The notes: generated by a model not told the origin, from the sequence alone. Counted from the first letter of the stretch, positions 9,948-20,688 are shown. The stretch: DNA of 64,000 bases from Halodesulfurarchaeum sp. (GCA_034520565.1 JAXHNL010000002.1:1216001-1280000), one strand, 5' to 3'. Program-made: numbers and translations.

Positions 9948-11309
9948 TCAGCCGACCAGCCCGAGCCGGCTCAGGCCGCCCATGAGACCGAAACCGGCCA
10001 CGAGCAGCATGGTGACCGCGTAGTAGACCGTGTGTGCACGATCCGGCTGGAAGGCCTCGGGGAGGTGCTCGCGAACGATGTAGTAGTTCGCGAAGTAGAA
10101 GAACACCTGGAGAATCGCCATCAGGGCCGCGGAGAACACCATCAGCGTCACCGGCAGCTGGCCGATCACGAGTATCGGGATGATGCTCGCAGTGCCCATG
10201 ACCAGGATGAAGCCGAGTCGGAGACGGTCTGTGTCCATGTCCTGTTCGAGGACGAGCGGGAGCGTATCGGCGTTGACCCTCGCGGCACCGTCCATGACCG
10301 TGACGACCGTCGAGAAGAGCGCGGCGAAGGCGCCGGCGACAACGACGTAGAAGGTCCAGTCACCGAAGCCCTCCTGCAAAATGTTCCCGATGGCGATGGC
10401 CATGTTCGCGTCCTGTGGTGGGTTCGGGTAGAGGACGGCCGTGGCGAGCAGGATCATGCTCACGATGAGCACGAAACTGAAGCCAAAGGCCACACGGAAG
10501 TCCCGGATCCCGGTCCGGGTCCAGCTCGCGATGTATTCGTGGAACCGCTCCTCGGTCGGGTCGTAGTCTTGACTGCGAAGCGCTTGTGCGCCCTCCTTCT
10601 TTGCCATGCTCCAGCTGCCGATCGTGACGGTGGTGCTGAGTCCCGTCGGCGCGTAGCCGGCGAGGGCCGCGAACAACCCCAGAAAGATCGGCGAGGAGAG
10701 ATCGGGAAGCGTGAAAGCAGTCTCCGTCACCACGGCGGGCGAGGGTGGCGAGACGAACACGCCCAGAATGATGAATCCGCCGAGGACGAACACGAAGAGT
10801 TTCATCAGCATCTCGATCCAGGAGTATCGGGAGACCATTGTCAGCGCGACGGAGAACGCGATCAACCCGATGTACAGCTGAATGGGGGTGACCGAGGGAA
10901 TCAACGCCGCCAGGAACGTGGCCGCACTGAAGCCGACCGATGCGAGGATGACGGTCCACCCCACCAGATACACGAGCATCGTAAAGACCTGACCCCAGTG
11001 GTCGGGTCCCGGGAGGTCTCCATACCCTTCGACGGGGTTCCGGCCGATTCCGTAATTGTATCGAATACCGAGTTCCCACCCGCCGTATTTCGCGAGGAAG
11101 ATGATCGCGACGACCCAGACACCGAAGAATCCGTAGAAGCCACCGATGGTCGGGGCGAGCACGATGTGACTGCCCCCGATTCCGAGCAGGGCCCACATGA
11201 TCGAGGGCCCGAGGTGGTTGCGGATGAAGCCGCCCCAGTCCTCAGCCGGGTAGTTGAGGTCGGGCGTGTCCTCGGCCGTCGCGCTTCCCCGATTGTCGAC
11301 TGTTCCCAT
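9948..11309 (-). CDS. Nramp-related divalent cation transporter
   Basis: About 11 hydrophobic segments; LGPS...IGGSH and AALFSTVVTVMDG motifs; lacks the canonical DPGN. Confidence 0.7.
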   Translation of the reverse strand: MGTVDNRGSATAEDTPDLNYPAEDWGGFIRNHLGPSIMWALLGIGGSHIVLAPTIGGFYGFFGVWVVAIIFLAKYGGWELGIRYNYGIGRNPVEGYGDLPGPDHWGQVFTMLVYLVGWTVILASVGFSAATFLAALIPSVTPIQLYIGLIAFSVALTMVSRYSWIEMLMKLFVFVLGGFIILGVFVSPPSPAVVTETAFTLPDLSSPIFLGLFAALAGYAPTGLSTTVTIGSWSMAKKEGAQALRSQDYDPTEERFHEYIASWTRTGIRDFRVAFGFSFVLIVSMILLATAVLYPNPPQDANMAIAIGNILQEGFGDWTFYVVVAGAFAALFSTVVTVMDGAARVNADTLPLVLEQDMDTDRLRLGFILVMGTASIIPILVIGQLPVTLMVFSAALMAILQVFFYFANYYIVREHLPEAFQPDRAHTVYYAVTMLLVAGFGLMGGLSRLGLVG

Positions 11310-11426
11310 TGGTGTCTGCTTTTGTCGGGGCAGGGGAACTAAACGTTCCGATGCGGTCGAAAACCGCCCGCTCGGTGGCGTGGGCGGACCGTGATTCTTA
11401 AGGGTCGAACGGGACTCCCTTGGAGT

Positions 11427-12365
11427 ATGAGTGACGAACAGACGGCCGATTCGGCCGACGATACCGCAGCCGACGAGGAGACGGCGGGGCTGCAAAACGG
11501 GGATTTCGTGAAGGTCGCCTACACCGCTCGAACTGTCGAGAGCGGTGACCTGGTCGACACCACGGACGAATCGGTCGCGGAGGAGGAAGGCGTTGACACC
11601 GAAGGGCAGGAGTTCGCCCCGCGAACGATCGTCCTGGGCGAGGGACATCTCTTCCCCGGCGTCGAGGAGGACATGATCGGCCGGGAGGTCGGCGAGGAGG
11701 GAACCGTCGAAATTGCCGCCGCCGAAGCTTTCGGCGAGTACGACGAGGAGGCCGTCCGCACGGTCAGCGCCGAGAAGATCCCGGAAGACGACCGCTACCC
11801 CGGTGCCCACGTCGACATCGACGGCCAGCACGGCCACGTCGAAACCATCATCGGGGGTCGCGCACGCGTCGACTTCAATCACCCACTCGCCGGGCAGGAC
11901 GTCGAGTACGAGTACGAGGTCCTGGACACGATCGAGGATCGCGTCGAGAAGGCCCAGGGCCTGTTGAACACCTACTTCGACGTCGACCTCGACATGCACC
12001 TCGAGACCGACGAGGTCGAGGAGGAAGTCGAAGTCGAGCGCGAGACGGAGGAAGACGAGGACGACGCGGAACCGGAGACGGAGGTCCAGACCGTCGAGAA
12101 GGAGACCCTCTACATCGAGAGTGCGCCGGAACTCCAGTTCAACCAGCAGTGGATGATGTCGAAACAGCAGATCCTCGGTGACGTCATCGACCAGATCGAC
12201 ATCGACCGGGTCATCGTCCAGGAGATCATCGACGGCGCTCCCGCGATGCCTGGCATGGGCGGGATGGGTGGCCTCGGCGACGTCGAAGCCCAGCTCGAGG
12301 ACGCCGACATCGACGCGGACGAGATCATGGACGAACTCGACGTCGACGAACTGGACGAGGAGTAA
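11427..12365 (+). CDS. slyD: FKBP-type peptidyl-prolyl isomerase (SlyD-like, long form)
   Basis: VDTT, EAFGEYD and VDFNHPLAG motifs; acidic tail. Confidence 0.9.
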   Translation: MSDEQTADSADDTAADEETAGLQNGDFVKVAYTARTVESGDLVDTTDESVAEEEGVDTEGQEFAPRTIVLGEGHLFPGVEEDMIGREVGEEGTVEIAAAEAFGEYDEEAVRTVSAEKIPEDDRYPGAHVDIDGQHGHVETIIGGRARVDFNHPLAGQDVEYEYEVLDTIEDRVEKAQGLLNTYFDVDLDMHLETDEVEEEVEVERETEEDEDDAEPETEVQTVEKETLYIESAPELQFNQQWMMSKQQILGDVIDQIDIDRVIVQEIIDGAPAMPGMGGMGGLGDVEAQLEDADIDADEIMDELDVDELDEE

Positions 12366-12444
12366 CTCACACGACCGCTTTTCAGCTGTTAGTGCTCTCC
12401 GAGGGCAGCGAAACGGCTTTCAGAAAGACGGTGCCGGTTTCGCC

Positions 12445-13071
12445 TCAGGCGATGTCCCGACTGGTGTCGACCCGGACGCGCTCGCTCAGATCGAGTTTGA
12501 TCGTCTCGTTCGGGATCCGGCCGCTTCGGTACTTGCGGACCGTGAGCCGACTGTCGATCTCGCTGCCCTTGATCCGCACGTCGAGGTCGAGCACGACGTC
12601 GGCCATGTGCTGGGTCGTCGATCGGAGCGCGGGCGTGTGATCGCCTTCGAGGGCGTGCAAAAAGGCAATTCCACCCGTGTTGAGCATGTGATTCCGGATC
12701 TCGTTCAGCAACTGCTCGTATCGAGCGCGTTCGGCTCGCTCAAGGGGATCGATCGGGTCGATGATGACCGTCATCTCGTCGAAGGCCTCCCTGACGGCCC
12801 GGCGAGTGGTGTCGATCGGGTCCTCCCCCGCAACCAGCCTGATTTCCGGATCGCCCGTTGGGGCCGTCGTCGCGTCGATCGCGTCCGCGACGGCGTCTTC
12901 CCGCCGATCGCTCGTGAGGTACAGCGTGGAGCGGGGCCGGGTCAATTCGTAAAGCAGCAACTCTCCCTGGCTCGCCGCCGGGGCCTGGAACGCGACGACA
13001 CTCCCGGCTGGGAGTCCCCCGGCGAGTTCGCGGTCGAGTACTTCGACCCCGGTGGAGAGTTTATCCGCCAT
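12445..13071 (-). CDS. RAD55/KaiC-like protein with degenerate Walker A (alternative start 13098)
   Basis: LSTGVEVLDRELAGGLPAGS and LTVRKYR; APAASQGE replaces GxxGxGKT. Confidence 0.7.
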   Translation of the reverse strand: MADKLSTGVEVLDRELAGGLPAGSVVAFQAPAASQGELLLYELTRPRSTLYLTSDRREDAVADAIDATTAPTGDPEIRLVAGEDPIDTTRRAVREAFDEMTVIIDPIDPLERAERARYEQLLNEIRNHMLNTGGIAFLHALEGDHTPALRSTTQHMADVVLDLDVRIKGSEIDSRLTVRKYRSGRIPNETIKLDLSERVRVDTSRDIA

Positions 13072-13097
13072 CGACAGATCTGAGGGCACGGTTCCCA

Positions 13098-13709
13098 TTA
13101 AGCGTTCGCCCACGCGTCGGCGATTTCGTCGTACGCGTGTCTTGCACGCTCGTCCGTGACTGGCTGTCCGACCGTCGGCACTGCGTGGGCGGGCCCGGCC
13201 CCGAGTGTCTCCAGAACCTCCTCCGAGACGGAATCGACTCGGCTTAGCAGGACGCCGGCGACCGGGGTATCGACGCCTCGGCTCATCCGAATCGACTTGA
13301 CAGCGTCGGTGACGGACGCGGGTGTCGCTCTCGACACGACGACCGCCCGCTCGGCGTGTCTGAGCGGTGTCACCGCTCGTTCCGAGGCACCGGCGGCGCC
13401 ATCGAGGATAACCGGTCGGTCCGTCACGACGTTTCGCAGCGCCGCCTCCAGGTCCGTTCCCGGCGTCGCCCCCACGATCGAGACTCCGGGGTAGCGGTCG
13501 GATTCGGTCGCCGCCTCGCCGATGTTTCCACCGCACGCGAGCGTTTCGAGTCCCGAGTCCTCGACCCCGGCCCGGATGTGCAGGTTCGGCATGTCCACGT
13601 CGGCGTCGATCACGATCGGTTCCCGGCGTCGGTCCGAGAGCGTGACGGCGATTCCCAGTGCAGTCGTCGTTTTTCCCGATCCACCCTTTCCGCCAGTCAC
13701 CGCGAGCAT
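13098..13709 (-). CDS. MinD/ParA family ATPase
   Basis: [10 protein letters not shown] deviant Walker A; DADVDMPNL. Confidence 0.85.
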   Translation of the reverse strand: MLAVTGGKGGSGKTTTALGIAVTLSDRRREPIVIDADVDMPNLHIRAGVEDSGLETLACGGNIGEAATESDRYPGVSIVGATPGTDLEAALRNVVTDRPVILDGAAGASERAVTPLRHAERAVVVSRATPASVTDAVKSIRMSRGVDTPVAGVLLSRVDSVSEEVLETLGAGPAHAVPTVGQPVTDERARHAYDEIADAWANA

Positions 13710-13807
13710 GGTGGGTCGTGGTCCGATCCTGTGACTTAAACCTCCGGGCGGGGGATCGGCAGCCACATGCGAGGGATTCAATACGCTGCCACGAGGGCAT
13801 CTACGTA

Positions 13808-14710
13808 ATGCGTCACGAGCACGTCATCTCCGCCAAACAGTTCTCCCGCGCGGACATCGAGGCGGTGTTGGACCGGGCCGCCGACTTCGCTGCCAACCAG
13901 CGGGACGCGGTGGACGCCCACGAGGGCGCGCTGCTCGCCACCGCCTTTTTCGAACCCAGTACGCGGACGAAGATGAGTTTCGAAGCGGCGATCAAGCGAC
14001 TCGGCGGGGACGTCATCGACATGGGGCCCGTCGAGTTTTCGAGCGTGAAGAAAGGCGAGACCCTCGCGGACACGCTCCGGGTGATCGAGGGGTACGCCGA
14101 CGCAATCGTCCTCCGCCATCCGATGGAGGGTGCAGCGACGATGGCCACGGAGTATGTCGACGTCCCGCTTCTCAACGCCGGCGACGGCGCGGGGCAGCAC
14201 CCGACCCAGACGCTTCTGGATCTGTTCACCATCCGGGAGGAGGTCGGCCTCGACGACCTCACTATCGGGATCATGGGAGATCTCAAGTACGGCCGAACGG
14301 TCCACTCCCTCGCCCAGGCGCTGACGAACTTCCAGACCTCCCAGCACTTCATCAGCCCCGAGAGCCTCCGACTCCCGCGGAGCGTCCGCTACGACCTGCA
14401 CGAACAGGGGGCCCAGGTCCGGGAACACGAGGGCTTCGAGGAGATCTTGCCCGAACTCGACGTACTCTACGTGACCCGCATCCAACGGGAGCGCTTCCCG
14501 GACGAGGACGAGTACAAGGCCGTGGCCGGCCAGTACCGGCTAGACACGGAGACCGTCCTCGAACTGAACGAGAATCTCACGGTCCTCCACCCGCTTCCGC
14601 GTGTCGACGAGATCGCCCCGGGGATCGACGATCTTCCGGGGGCGAAGTACTTCGAACAAGCCCACAACGGAGTGCCGGTGCGAATGGCCCTCCTCGATAT
14701 GCTCCTATGA
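13808..14710 (+). CDS. pyrB: Aspartate carbamoyltransferase catalytic subunit
   Basis: [16 protein letters not shown] and HPLPR motifs. Confidence 0.96.
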   Translation: MRHEHVISAKQFSRADIEAVLDRAADFAANQRDAVDAHEGALLATAFFEPSTRTKMSFEAAIKRLGGDVIDMGPVEFSSVKKGETLADTLRVIEGYADAIVLRHPMEGAATMATEYVDVPLLNAGDGAGQHPTQTLLDLFTIREEVGLDDLTIGIMGDLKYGRTVHSLAQALTNFQTSQHFISPESLRLPRSVRYDLHEQGAQVREHEGFEEILPELDVLYVTRIQRERFPDEDEYKAVAGQYRLDTETVLELNENLTVLHPLPRVDEIAPGIDDLPGAKYFEQAHNGVPVRMALLDMLL

Positions 14711-15171
14711 CCGAGACAGAAACCGAACTCCGCGTCAGCAAGATCGAGAACGGAACCGTCATCGACCACGTGACCGCCGGCGAGGCCCTTCGCGTGCTGG
14801 GGATCCTCGGGATCGACGGCACGGCGGGCGAAACGGTGAGTCTGGGCATCAACGTTCCGAGCGACCGACTCGGCCGCAAGGACGTGGTGAAAGTCGAGGG
14901 CATGGAACTGAGCCAGGAGGAAGTGGATGTCCTCTCCCTGCTCGCCCCCGACGCGACGATTAACATCATCCGGGACTACGAGGTCGTCGACAAATCCCGC
15001 GTCGAGCGTCCGGAGTCGGTTATCGGCGTACTCACCTGTCCGAACACGAACTGCATCACGAACGCGGGAGAGCCGGTCGATACCCACTTTGCGGTGCTCG
15101 ATGCCGGCGTCCAGTGTCGCTATTGTGAGACGATCGTTCGCGAGAACATCACCGATCACATCGAAACTTGA
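14707..15171 (+). CDS. pyrI: Aspartate carbamoyltransferase regulatory subunit
   Basis: IENGTVIDH; CPNTNC and CRYC zinc motifs. Confidence 0.96.
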   Translation: MTETETELRVSKIENGTVIDHVTAGEALRVLGILGIDGTAGETVSLGINVPSDRLGRKDVVKVEGMELSQEEVDVLSLLAPDATINIIRDYEVVDKSRVERPESVIGVLTCPNTNCITNAGEPVDTHFAVLDAGVQCRYCETIVRENITDHIET

Positions 15172-15252
15172 GCCTGGACGGGAAACATCCGACCAGGCGT
15201 GGAACCCAGGGCTGCCCGAAAGCGTATATCCATCGCTGCCGTATTTTCCGAT

Positions 15253-15360
15253 ATGGGACGGACAATCCTCAAAGTCGGCGTGGCCCTGATCCTCGTAGCC
15301 CTGATCTGGAAGCTCGTTCTGGACAAGGACGAGGCCGAGAAAATCGACCGCATCGACTGA
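15253..15360 (+). CDS. 35-aa single-pass membrane microprotein (not in ORF track)
   Basis: Translates as MGRTILKVGVALILVALIWKLVLDKDEAEKIDRID; TATA-like element about 25 bp upstream. Confidence 0.55.
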   Translation: MGRTILKVGVALILVALIWKLVLDKDEAEKIDRID

Positions 15361-15443
15361 CGAACCCCGAGCGAATTTTCCGAGCCGGGTCTGGCGTGTG
15401 CGAGACCGGTTGACTTTAATGAGCCGGGGAAATAGCCCGTGAC

Positions 15444-15653
15444 ATGGCATTCGAAGAGGACGACGAGGTACGGCTCATCGACGAGCACAGCGAGTACGAT
15501 GGCGAAATCGGGACGATCACGCAGGTCGTCGAGACGATGTTCGGGGACGCGAACTACACAGTCTCCTTCGAAGACGGGCAGGAAGCCGGCGTCCCGGAGG
15601 ACCACCTCGAGACCGTTGACGGCGACGGCGACGAGGCGGAAGCCGACGACTGA
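15444..15653 (+). CDS. Small acidic SH3-like protein (DUF1918-like)
   Basis: 69-aa acidic ORF with G-x-I-x-QV...YTVSF pattern; TTTAAT upstream. Confidence 0.7.
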   Translation: MAFEEDDEVRLIDEHSEYDGEIGTITQVVETMFGDANYTVSFEDGQEAGVPEDHLETVDGDGDEAEADD

Positions 15654-15658
15654 CTGGG

Positions 15659-16075
15659 ATGGGCCTTCCCTTCCACTACGTCGACCTCCGGGCGTTCTGC
15701 TATGCGACGGAGGACGAAACCCGCGTGCGTGACGCCCTGCGCACAGTCCTCCCACCGGAGGCGACGATCGAATCTGCGGTCGGGGAGGGACATCACGGCG
15801 ATCGGATCGTGATTCTCACGGCCCGCGTCGAGCGAGCCGCCGAGATCGAATCGATTTTCGACCGACTCGAAACGGGGGTCGGCCTCGAACGGATCCGCAC
15901 CGAACTCGAGGACCGGCTCGACGAGAACAACGCCCTCTACGTCGGCCTCGACAAACAGGCAGCCGCGCGCGGGGACGTCGAACTGGGCGACGGAATCACC
16001 CTTCGGGCGAAAGTCGAGGCCTACCCGGCAAAGCGGGATCAGGCCCTCGAAAACGCCCGTGACGCACTGACCTGA
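15659..16075 (+). CDS. DUF54-family RNA-binding protein
   Basis: ATEDE-x-V, EGHHG and LDKQAA motifs; precedes rnp3. Confidence 0.85.
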   Translation: MGLPFHYVDLRAFCYATEDETRVRDALRTVLPPEATIESAVGEGHHGDRIVILTARVERAAEIESIFDRLETGVGLERIRTELEDRLDENNALYVGLDKQAAARGDVELGDGITLRAKVEAYPAKRDQALENARDALT

Positions 16076-16076
16076 G

Positions 16077-16805
16077 ATGTACGACGCCGTTCACGTCGAA
16101 TCGGAAGCGACGACGACTCCGGGACGGTTCGCGCTGACGGTCTCCCGGGCTGGCTTCGACGGGATGGTCGTCCGAAATTGCCAGTCCGCGATGGTCGATG
16201 TGGACGCCAGTGTGCTTGCCGATCGGTACCAGATCGACGTCGTTCGCGGCATCGAAATCACCGCGAGGGACAAAGCGACAGCCAGTGGCGCGATCGGCAA
16301 CCGGCGACCGGAGGCGGAAATCCTGCTCGTCCGGGGCCGGGACCCGGAACTGAATCGCTTTGCCGTGGAATCGCCGCGGGTCGACGTCCTCGCCGATCCG
16401 ATGGGCGGTGACGGTGATGTCAATCACGTGATCGCCGAGGCGGCCGCAAGAAACGGCGTCGCATTCGAGGTGAACCTCGGTCCAGTCCTCCGCGAGTCCG
16501 GTGGCACCCGCGTCCGGGCGATTCGACGCCTCCGGAAACTCCGGGAGCTGATCGAAGACGCGAACGCTCCGTTCGTTGTGTCCGGCGCTCCCCGAACTCA
16601 CCTCGAAGTGCGCGGACCGCGGGAACTGCTCGCAGTCGGTGAGCAAATCGGGTTCGACCGAGAGCAGATCCGCGCTGGACTGGAGACGTGGGGCCAGATC
16701 GCCGAACGGACCCGCAAGCGCCGTGATCCGTCCCAGGTCGCTCCGGGCGTCCGGATCGAGGACGAACCCGAATCAGCCCGGGAAACCGGGTCGGACTCGA
16801 ATTGA
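16077..16805 (+). CDS. rnp3: RNase P protein subunit p30
   Basis: LNRFAVE...VDVL and PFVVS...RGPRE motifs; synteny. Confidence 0.85.
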   Translation: MYDAVHVESEATTTPGRFALTVSRAGFDGMVVRNCQSAMVDVDASVLADRYQIDVVRGIEITARDKATASGAIGNRRPEAEILLVRGRDPELNRFAVESPRVDVLADPMGGDGDVNHVIAEAAARNGVAFEVNLGPVLRESGGTRVRAIRRLRKLRELIEDANAPFVVSGAPRTHLEVRGPRELLAVGEQIGFDREQIRAGLETWGQIAERTRKRRDPSQVAPGVRIEDEPESARETGSDSN

Positions 16806-16869
16806 CCGGCGCGGTCGGGGCGTGAACCGGATCCGTGGAGTTACAATCGTCCGCGTGTAAGACCGCCCC

Positions 16870-17346
16870 GTGCGACATCTCCCGAAACACCTCCGGCCCC
16901 GATATCGTTATCTCGCCGTGGAGATCGAGACCTGGCCCGAGGCCGAAATCGAGACTCGGGCTTTCACGGAGGCTCTCTGGTCGGCGGAACGGTCGCTTCT
17001 CGGAGATGCCGGCGCTGCCGCCGTCGATCTCCAGGTCCTTCAGGCGGACTTTCGGTCGGGTGGGGGATCGGCCATCGTTCGGGTCCGTCGGGACGCGGTC
17101 GAACGGGCTCGCAGCACGCTCGCCTGCCTCTCCGCCGTCGACGGGCAACCGGTTCGAATCGGCGTGCGGGGGGTCGGTGGAACGGTCCGGTCGGTGAGGG
17201 AACACTATCTGGGCGGCCCACCGGAACCGACCGGGACGGAATCGGTCGTGTACCGGGGCGAATCGGCAGTCGCCGTCCGTCGGGAGGATCGCGTTGACGT
17301 CGATTTCGGCGACACGTTCGTGGGCACGACGCCCCAGGAGCTCTGA
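16870..17346 (+). CDS. rnp2: RNase P protein Pop5/Rpp14
   Basis: LPKHLRPRYRYL and GVGGTVR motifs. Confidence 0.88.
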   Translation: MRHLPKHLRPRYRYLAVEIETWPEAEIETRAFTEALWSAERSLLGDAGAAAVDLQVLQADFRSGGGSAIVRVRRDAVERARSTLACLSAVDGQPVRIGVRGVGGTVRSVREHYLGGPPEPTGTESVVYRGESAVAVRREDRVDVDFGDTFVGTTPQEL

Positions 17347-17347
17347 C

Positions 17348-18079
17348 ATGCAGGGACAACAACAGCAAGCGTACGATCGTGGCATCACCATCTTCTCGCC
17401 GGACGGCCGACTTTACCAGGTCGAATACGCCCGGGAGGCAGTCAAACGCGGCACGGCCAGTATCGGGGTCCGGGCCAGCGACGGGGTCGCCCTCGTCGTC
17501 GACAAGCCCGTCCGGTCGCCGCTGGTCGAGCAGTCCTCGGTGGAGAAACTCCACAAGGCCGACAACCACATCGGGATCGCGAGCGCCGGCCACGTCGCCG
17601 ACGCCCGGCGACTCGTCGACTTCGCCCGCCGGGACGCCCAGGTGAACCGCCTCCGCTACGAGGAACCGATCGGCGTGGAGACGCTGACAAAGGACGTGAC
17701 CGATCACATCCAGCAGTTCACTCAGATCGGTGGCGCGCGACCGTTCGGGGTGGCACTGTTGATCGCTGGGCTGGATGACGGGACCCCACGACTCTTCGAG
17801 ACGGACCCGAGTGGCACGCCCTACGAGTGGCAGGCGATCGCCATTGGGTCCGACCGGGGCGAACTCCAGTCGTTCCTCGAGGCGGAGTACGACCCGGAAA
17901 TCGAACTTGCCGACGCGGTCGGGTTGGCGCTTCGGGCCCTCGGTTCCGTGGCGGAGGACGGGATTTCCCCCGACGGCGTCGGTGCAGCGACGGTCGACGC
18001 CGAAACCGGCCAGTATCTCGAACTCACCGAAGCCGAGATCAAGGCGTCCCTCGAGGACGCGGATCTCCTCGCAGAATAG
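17348..18079 (+). CDS. psmA: Proteasome alpha subunit
   Basis: YDRGITIFSPDGRLYQVEYA and RPFGVALL. Confidence 0.97.
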   Translation: MQGQQQQAYDRGITIFSPDGRLYQVEYAREAVKRGTASIGVRASDGVALVVDKPVRSPLVEQSSVEKLHKADNHIGIASAGHVADARRLVDFARRDAQVNRLRYEEPIGVETLTKDVTDHIQQFTQIGGARPFGVALLIAGLDDGTPRLFETDPSGTPYEWQAIAIGSDRGELQSFLEAEYDPEIELADAVGLALRALGSVAEDGISPDGVGAATVDAETGQYLELTEAEIKASLEDADLLAE

Positions 18080-18149
18080 CTCCGGCGGTGCCCCTGCCAC
18101 CGGGCCGGGACGTGCTACATTTTTCACCCCGCCCGCCGTAGCCATGTCC

Positions 18150-18875
18150 ATGATATCACTTGACGATGCCGTGACGGCGCGGTTGGAATCCCACGGCGCC
18201 CGCTTCGAGGTACTCGTGGATCCGGATGCGGCCCTGTCGATCAAACGCGGAGAGTTCGACGGGGATATCGAGGACGTCATCGCGGCCAGGGACGTCTTCG
18301 AGAACGCCTCGCGGGGGGACAGGCCCGCCGAATCCGACGTGGAGGCGGTCTTCGAGACGACGGACCCACTCGAGATCATTCCCGAGGTCATCAAACGCGG
18401 CGAGATCCAGATCACTGCCGAACAGCGCCGGGAAATGCTCGAACGAAAGGAGCGCGAACTCATCGAGCGCATCGCCCGCAACGCGGTCAACCCCCAGATG
18501 GACGACGCCCCGCACCCGCCGGATCGAATCGAGAACGCCCTCGAGGAAGCCGGATTCGACGTCGACCCGATGGAGCCGGTCGAGGCACAGGTCGAGGACG
18601 CGCTCGAGGCCCTTCGACCGGTCATTCCGATCCGCTTTGACGAGGTGACGATGGCCGTCCAGATCCCCCCGGACTACGCCGGTAGCGCACAGGCTCAGAT
18701 CCGCCAGTTCGGCGAACTCGAGCGCGAGGAGTGGCAGGCAGATGGCTCGTGGATCGGCGTCCTCACGTTCCCGGCCGGCCTCCAGAACGACTTCTACGAC
18801 CTGGTGAACGAACACACGAGCGGCGAGGCAGAAGTCCGGATCATCCGGGACGAGGACGAAATCTCCCGTCGGTAG
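18150..18875 (+). CDS. Ribosome maturation factor SBDS
   Basis: ARLESHGARFEVLVDP, GEIQITAEQRR and PHPPDRIE motifs. Confidence 0.93.
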   Translation: MISLDDAVTARLESHGARFEVLVDPDAALSIKRGEFDGDIEDVIAARDVFENASRGDRPAESDVEAVFETTDPLEIIPEVIKRGEIQITAEQRREMLERKERELIERIARNAVNPQMDDAPHPPDRIENALEEAGFDVDPMEPVEAQVEDALEALRPVIPIRFDEVTMAVQIPPDYAGSAQAQIRQFGELEREEWQADGSWIGVLTFPAGLQNDFYDLVNEHTSGEAEVRIIRDEDEISRR

Positions 18876-18918
18876 GACGGGTTCGACTGGAAGCGGCAGG
18901 CCGACGAGCAGAACGCGA

Positions 18919-19239
18919 CTATCCCTTCTTGAAACCGACGAGGAAGCCACCGGTGAACCCGGCCCCCACGGAGAGCGTCGAGAGGATCGTGTTCACCCAG
19001 GACGGCGGCGTCTGTGATGCGGCAGATTCGGTCACGTCAACGATTCCACCGGAGAGTCTGTTCCAGTCCACACTGAGGATGCCCCGGGACTCGAGAAACT
19101 TGAACAGGGCGAGTTCGATGCCCACGAGGACGGCGATCACCTTCGCGATCTTCTTGAAGGCAAAACCGATGATCGCCCCGATGACGGCCCCGCTGCCGAA
19201 TTCGAGGCCGAGTTGGGTCGGGTCCAGTTCGAGCGCCAT
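18919..19239 (-). CDS. FUN14-domain membrane protein
   Basis: GAVIGAIIGFAFKK...VDWNRL...GFTGGFLVGFKKG. Confidence 0.85.
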   Translation of the reverse strand: MALELDPTQLGLEFGSGAVIGAIIGFAFKKIAKVIAVLVGIELALFKFLESRGILSVDWNRLSGGIVDVTESAASQTPPSWVNTILSTLSVGAGFTGGFLVGFKKG

Positions 19240-19355
19240 GCTCACTGTTCGTCGACTCGTGACTAAGTCTCTTGTGTCCGTCGCCCCTCGGCGACGGGAA
19301 ATTGATCGCGAGCCCGCCGTGTCCTTAAGTAACCACACACCCTACGAACTGCCAA

Positions 19356-20660
19356 GTGACGGGATCGAACGACCGGGCCATCATTGCAAAACGGGTGGAC
19401 CGAGGCGACGCCGACACGACCGAGATCGAGCAACTCGCGGCCGCGGCCGGATACGACGTGGTCGGGACGTGTACCCAGCGACGGAAACCGGATCCCGCCC
19501 TCCAGCTCGGTGCGGGGAAGGTCGAGGAGCTGTCAGCCCAGCTCGAAGACACCGGCGCCGAAACTGTCGTCTTCGACAACCGCCTCGGTCCTTATCAGGT
19601 TTACAACCTGGGCAACGAACTCCCCGAAGGTGTCCGGGTAATCGATAAGTTCCGCCTCATACTCGACATCTTCGGCCAGCGGGCCCGGACGAAAAAGGCC
19701 CAACTCCAGGTCGAGTTGGCCGAACTTCGCTACGAACTCCCCCGGGCCGAAGCCAAAGCCAGCCTGGCAAAGCGGGAGGAACGCCCGGGATTCATGGGCC
19801 TGGGGGAGTACGACGAGAGCCGCGAACAGGACATCAAGGCCCGGATCAGTAACATCAGGGACGAACTCGAACGGATCGAGGAGACCGAGCGAAACCGCCG
19901 GGCCCAGCGACGCGAATCGGGCTTTGACCTCGTCGCGCTGGCCGGCTACACGAACGCCGGGAAGTCGACGCTCATGCAGGCACTCGCGGAAGACCTGGAG
20001 GTCGGCGAGAACCGGGATACCCATCCGGATCTCGATCCAACGGCCGAGCGCGAGGATCGGTTGTTCACGACGCTTGGCACCACCACGCGTCGACTCGATT
20101 TGGACCGGCGCGAGGCACTGCTCACCGACACGGTCGGGTTCATCAGCGATCTTCCTCACTGGCTCGTCGAGTCGTTCAAGTCCACGCTGGAATCGGTCTA
20201 CCGGGCGGATCTGGTCCTCCTGGTGGTGGACGTGAGCGAACCCGTGGAGGACATCCGGGAGAAACTCATGACGAGCCACGACACCCTCTACGAGCGAAAC
20301 GAGGCCCCAATTGTCACGGTCCTCAACAAGACCGACCGAATCGAGCACGAGGAGTTGGCCGACAAACGGGAGGCACTTTCGGCCCTGGCCCCGGAGCCGG
20401 TGGCCGTCAGTGCCACGGCGGGGACGAATCTCGACCGGATCAAAGCACGAATCCAGCGAGAACTCCCGGATCGCCAGCGTGAGCGACTCGTCCTCCCGAT
20501 GACCGATCGAACGATGAGCGTGGTCTCCTGGGTCTACGACAACGCGTTCGTGGAGGCGGTCGAGTACCGCGACGAGGAGGTCATCCTCGACTTCGAGGCC
20601 AGACCGGCGGTCGTCGAACAGACCCGGGCGAAGGCGAGTGACCTGGCGGCGGACGCCTGA
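19356..20660 (+). CDS. hflX: GTPase HflX
   Basis: GYTNAGKST, LFTTL, DTVGFI and NKTD motifs. Confidence 0.95.
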   Translation: MTGSNDRAIIAKRVDRGDADTTEIEQLAAAAGYDVVGTCTQRRKPDPALQLGAGKVEELSAQLEDTGAETVVFDNRLGPYQVYNLGNELPEGVRVIDKFRLILDIFGQRARTKKAQLQVELAELRYELPRAEAKASLAKREERPGFMGLGEYDESREQDIKARISNIRDELERIEETERNRRAQRRESGFDLVALAGYTNAGKSTLMQALAEDLEVGENRDTHPDLDPTAEREDRLFTTLGTTTRRLDLDRREALLTDTVGFISDLPHWLVESFKSTLESVYRADLVLLVVDVSEPVEDIREKLMTSHDTLYERNEAPIVTVLNKTDRIEHEELADKREALSALAPEPVAVSATAGTNLDRIKARIQRELPDRQRERLVLPMTDRTMSVVSWVYDNAFVEAVEYRDEEVILDFEARPAVVEQTRAKASDLAADA

Positions 20661-20688
20661 GTTCGGCTCTCCGCCGGGAACAATCCGT

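Noticed and set aside
11310-11999. N-terminal extension of the 683-aa transporter ORF
   Set aside because: Mostly antisense to the PPIase gene; the plausible start is the ATG at 11309.
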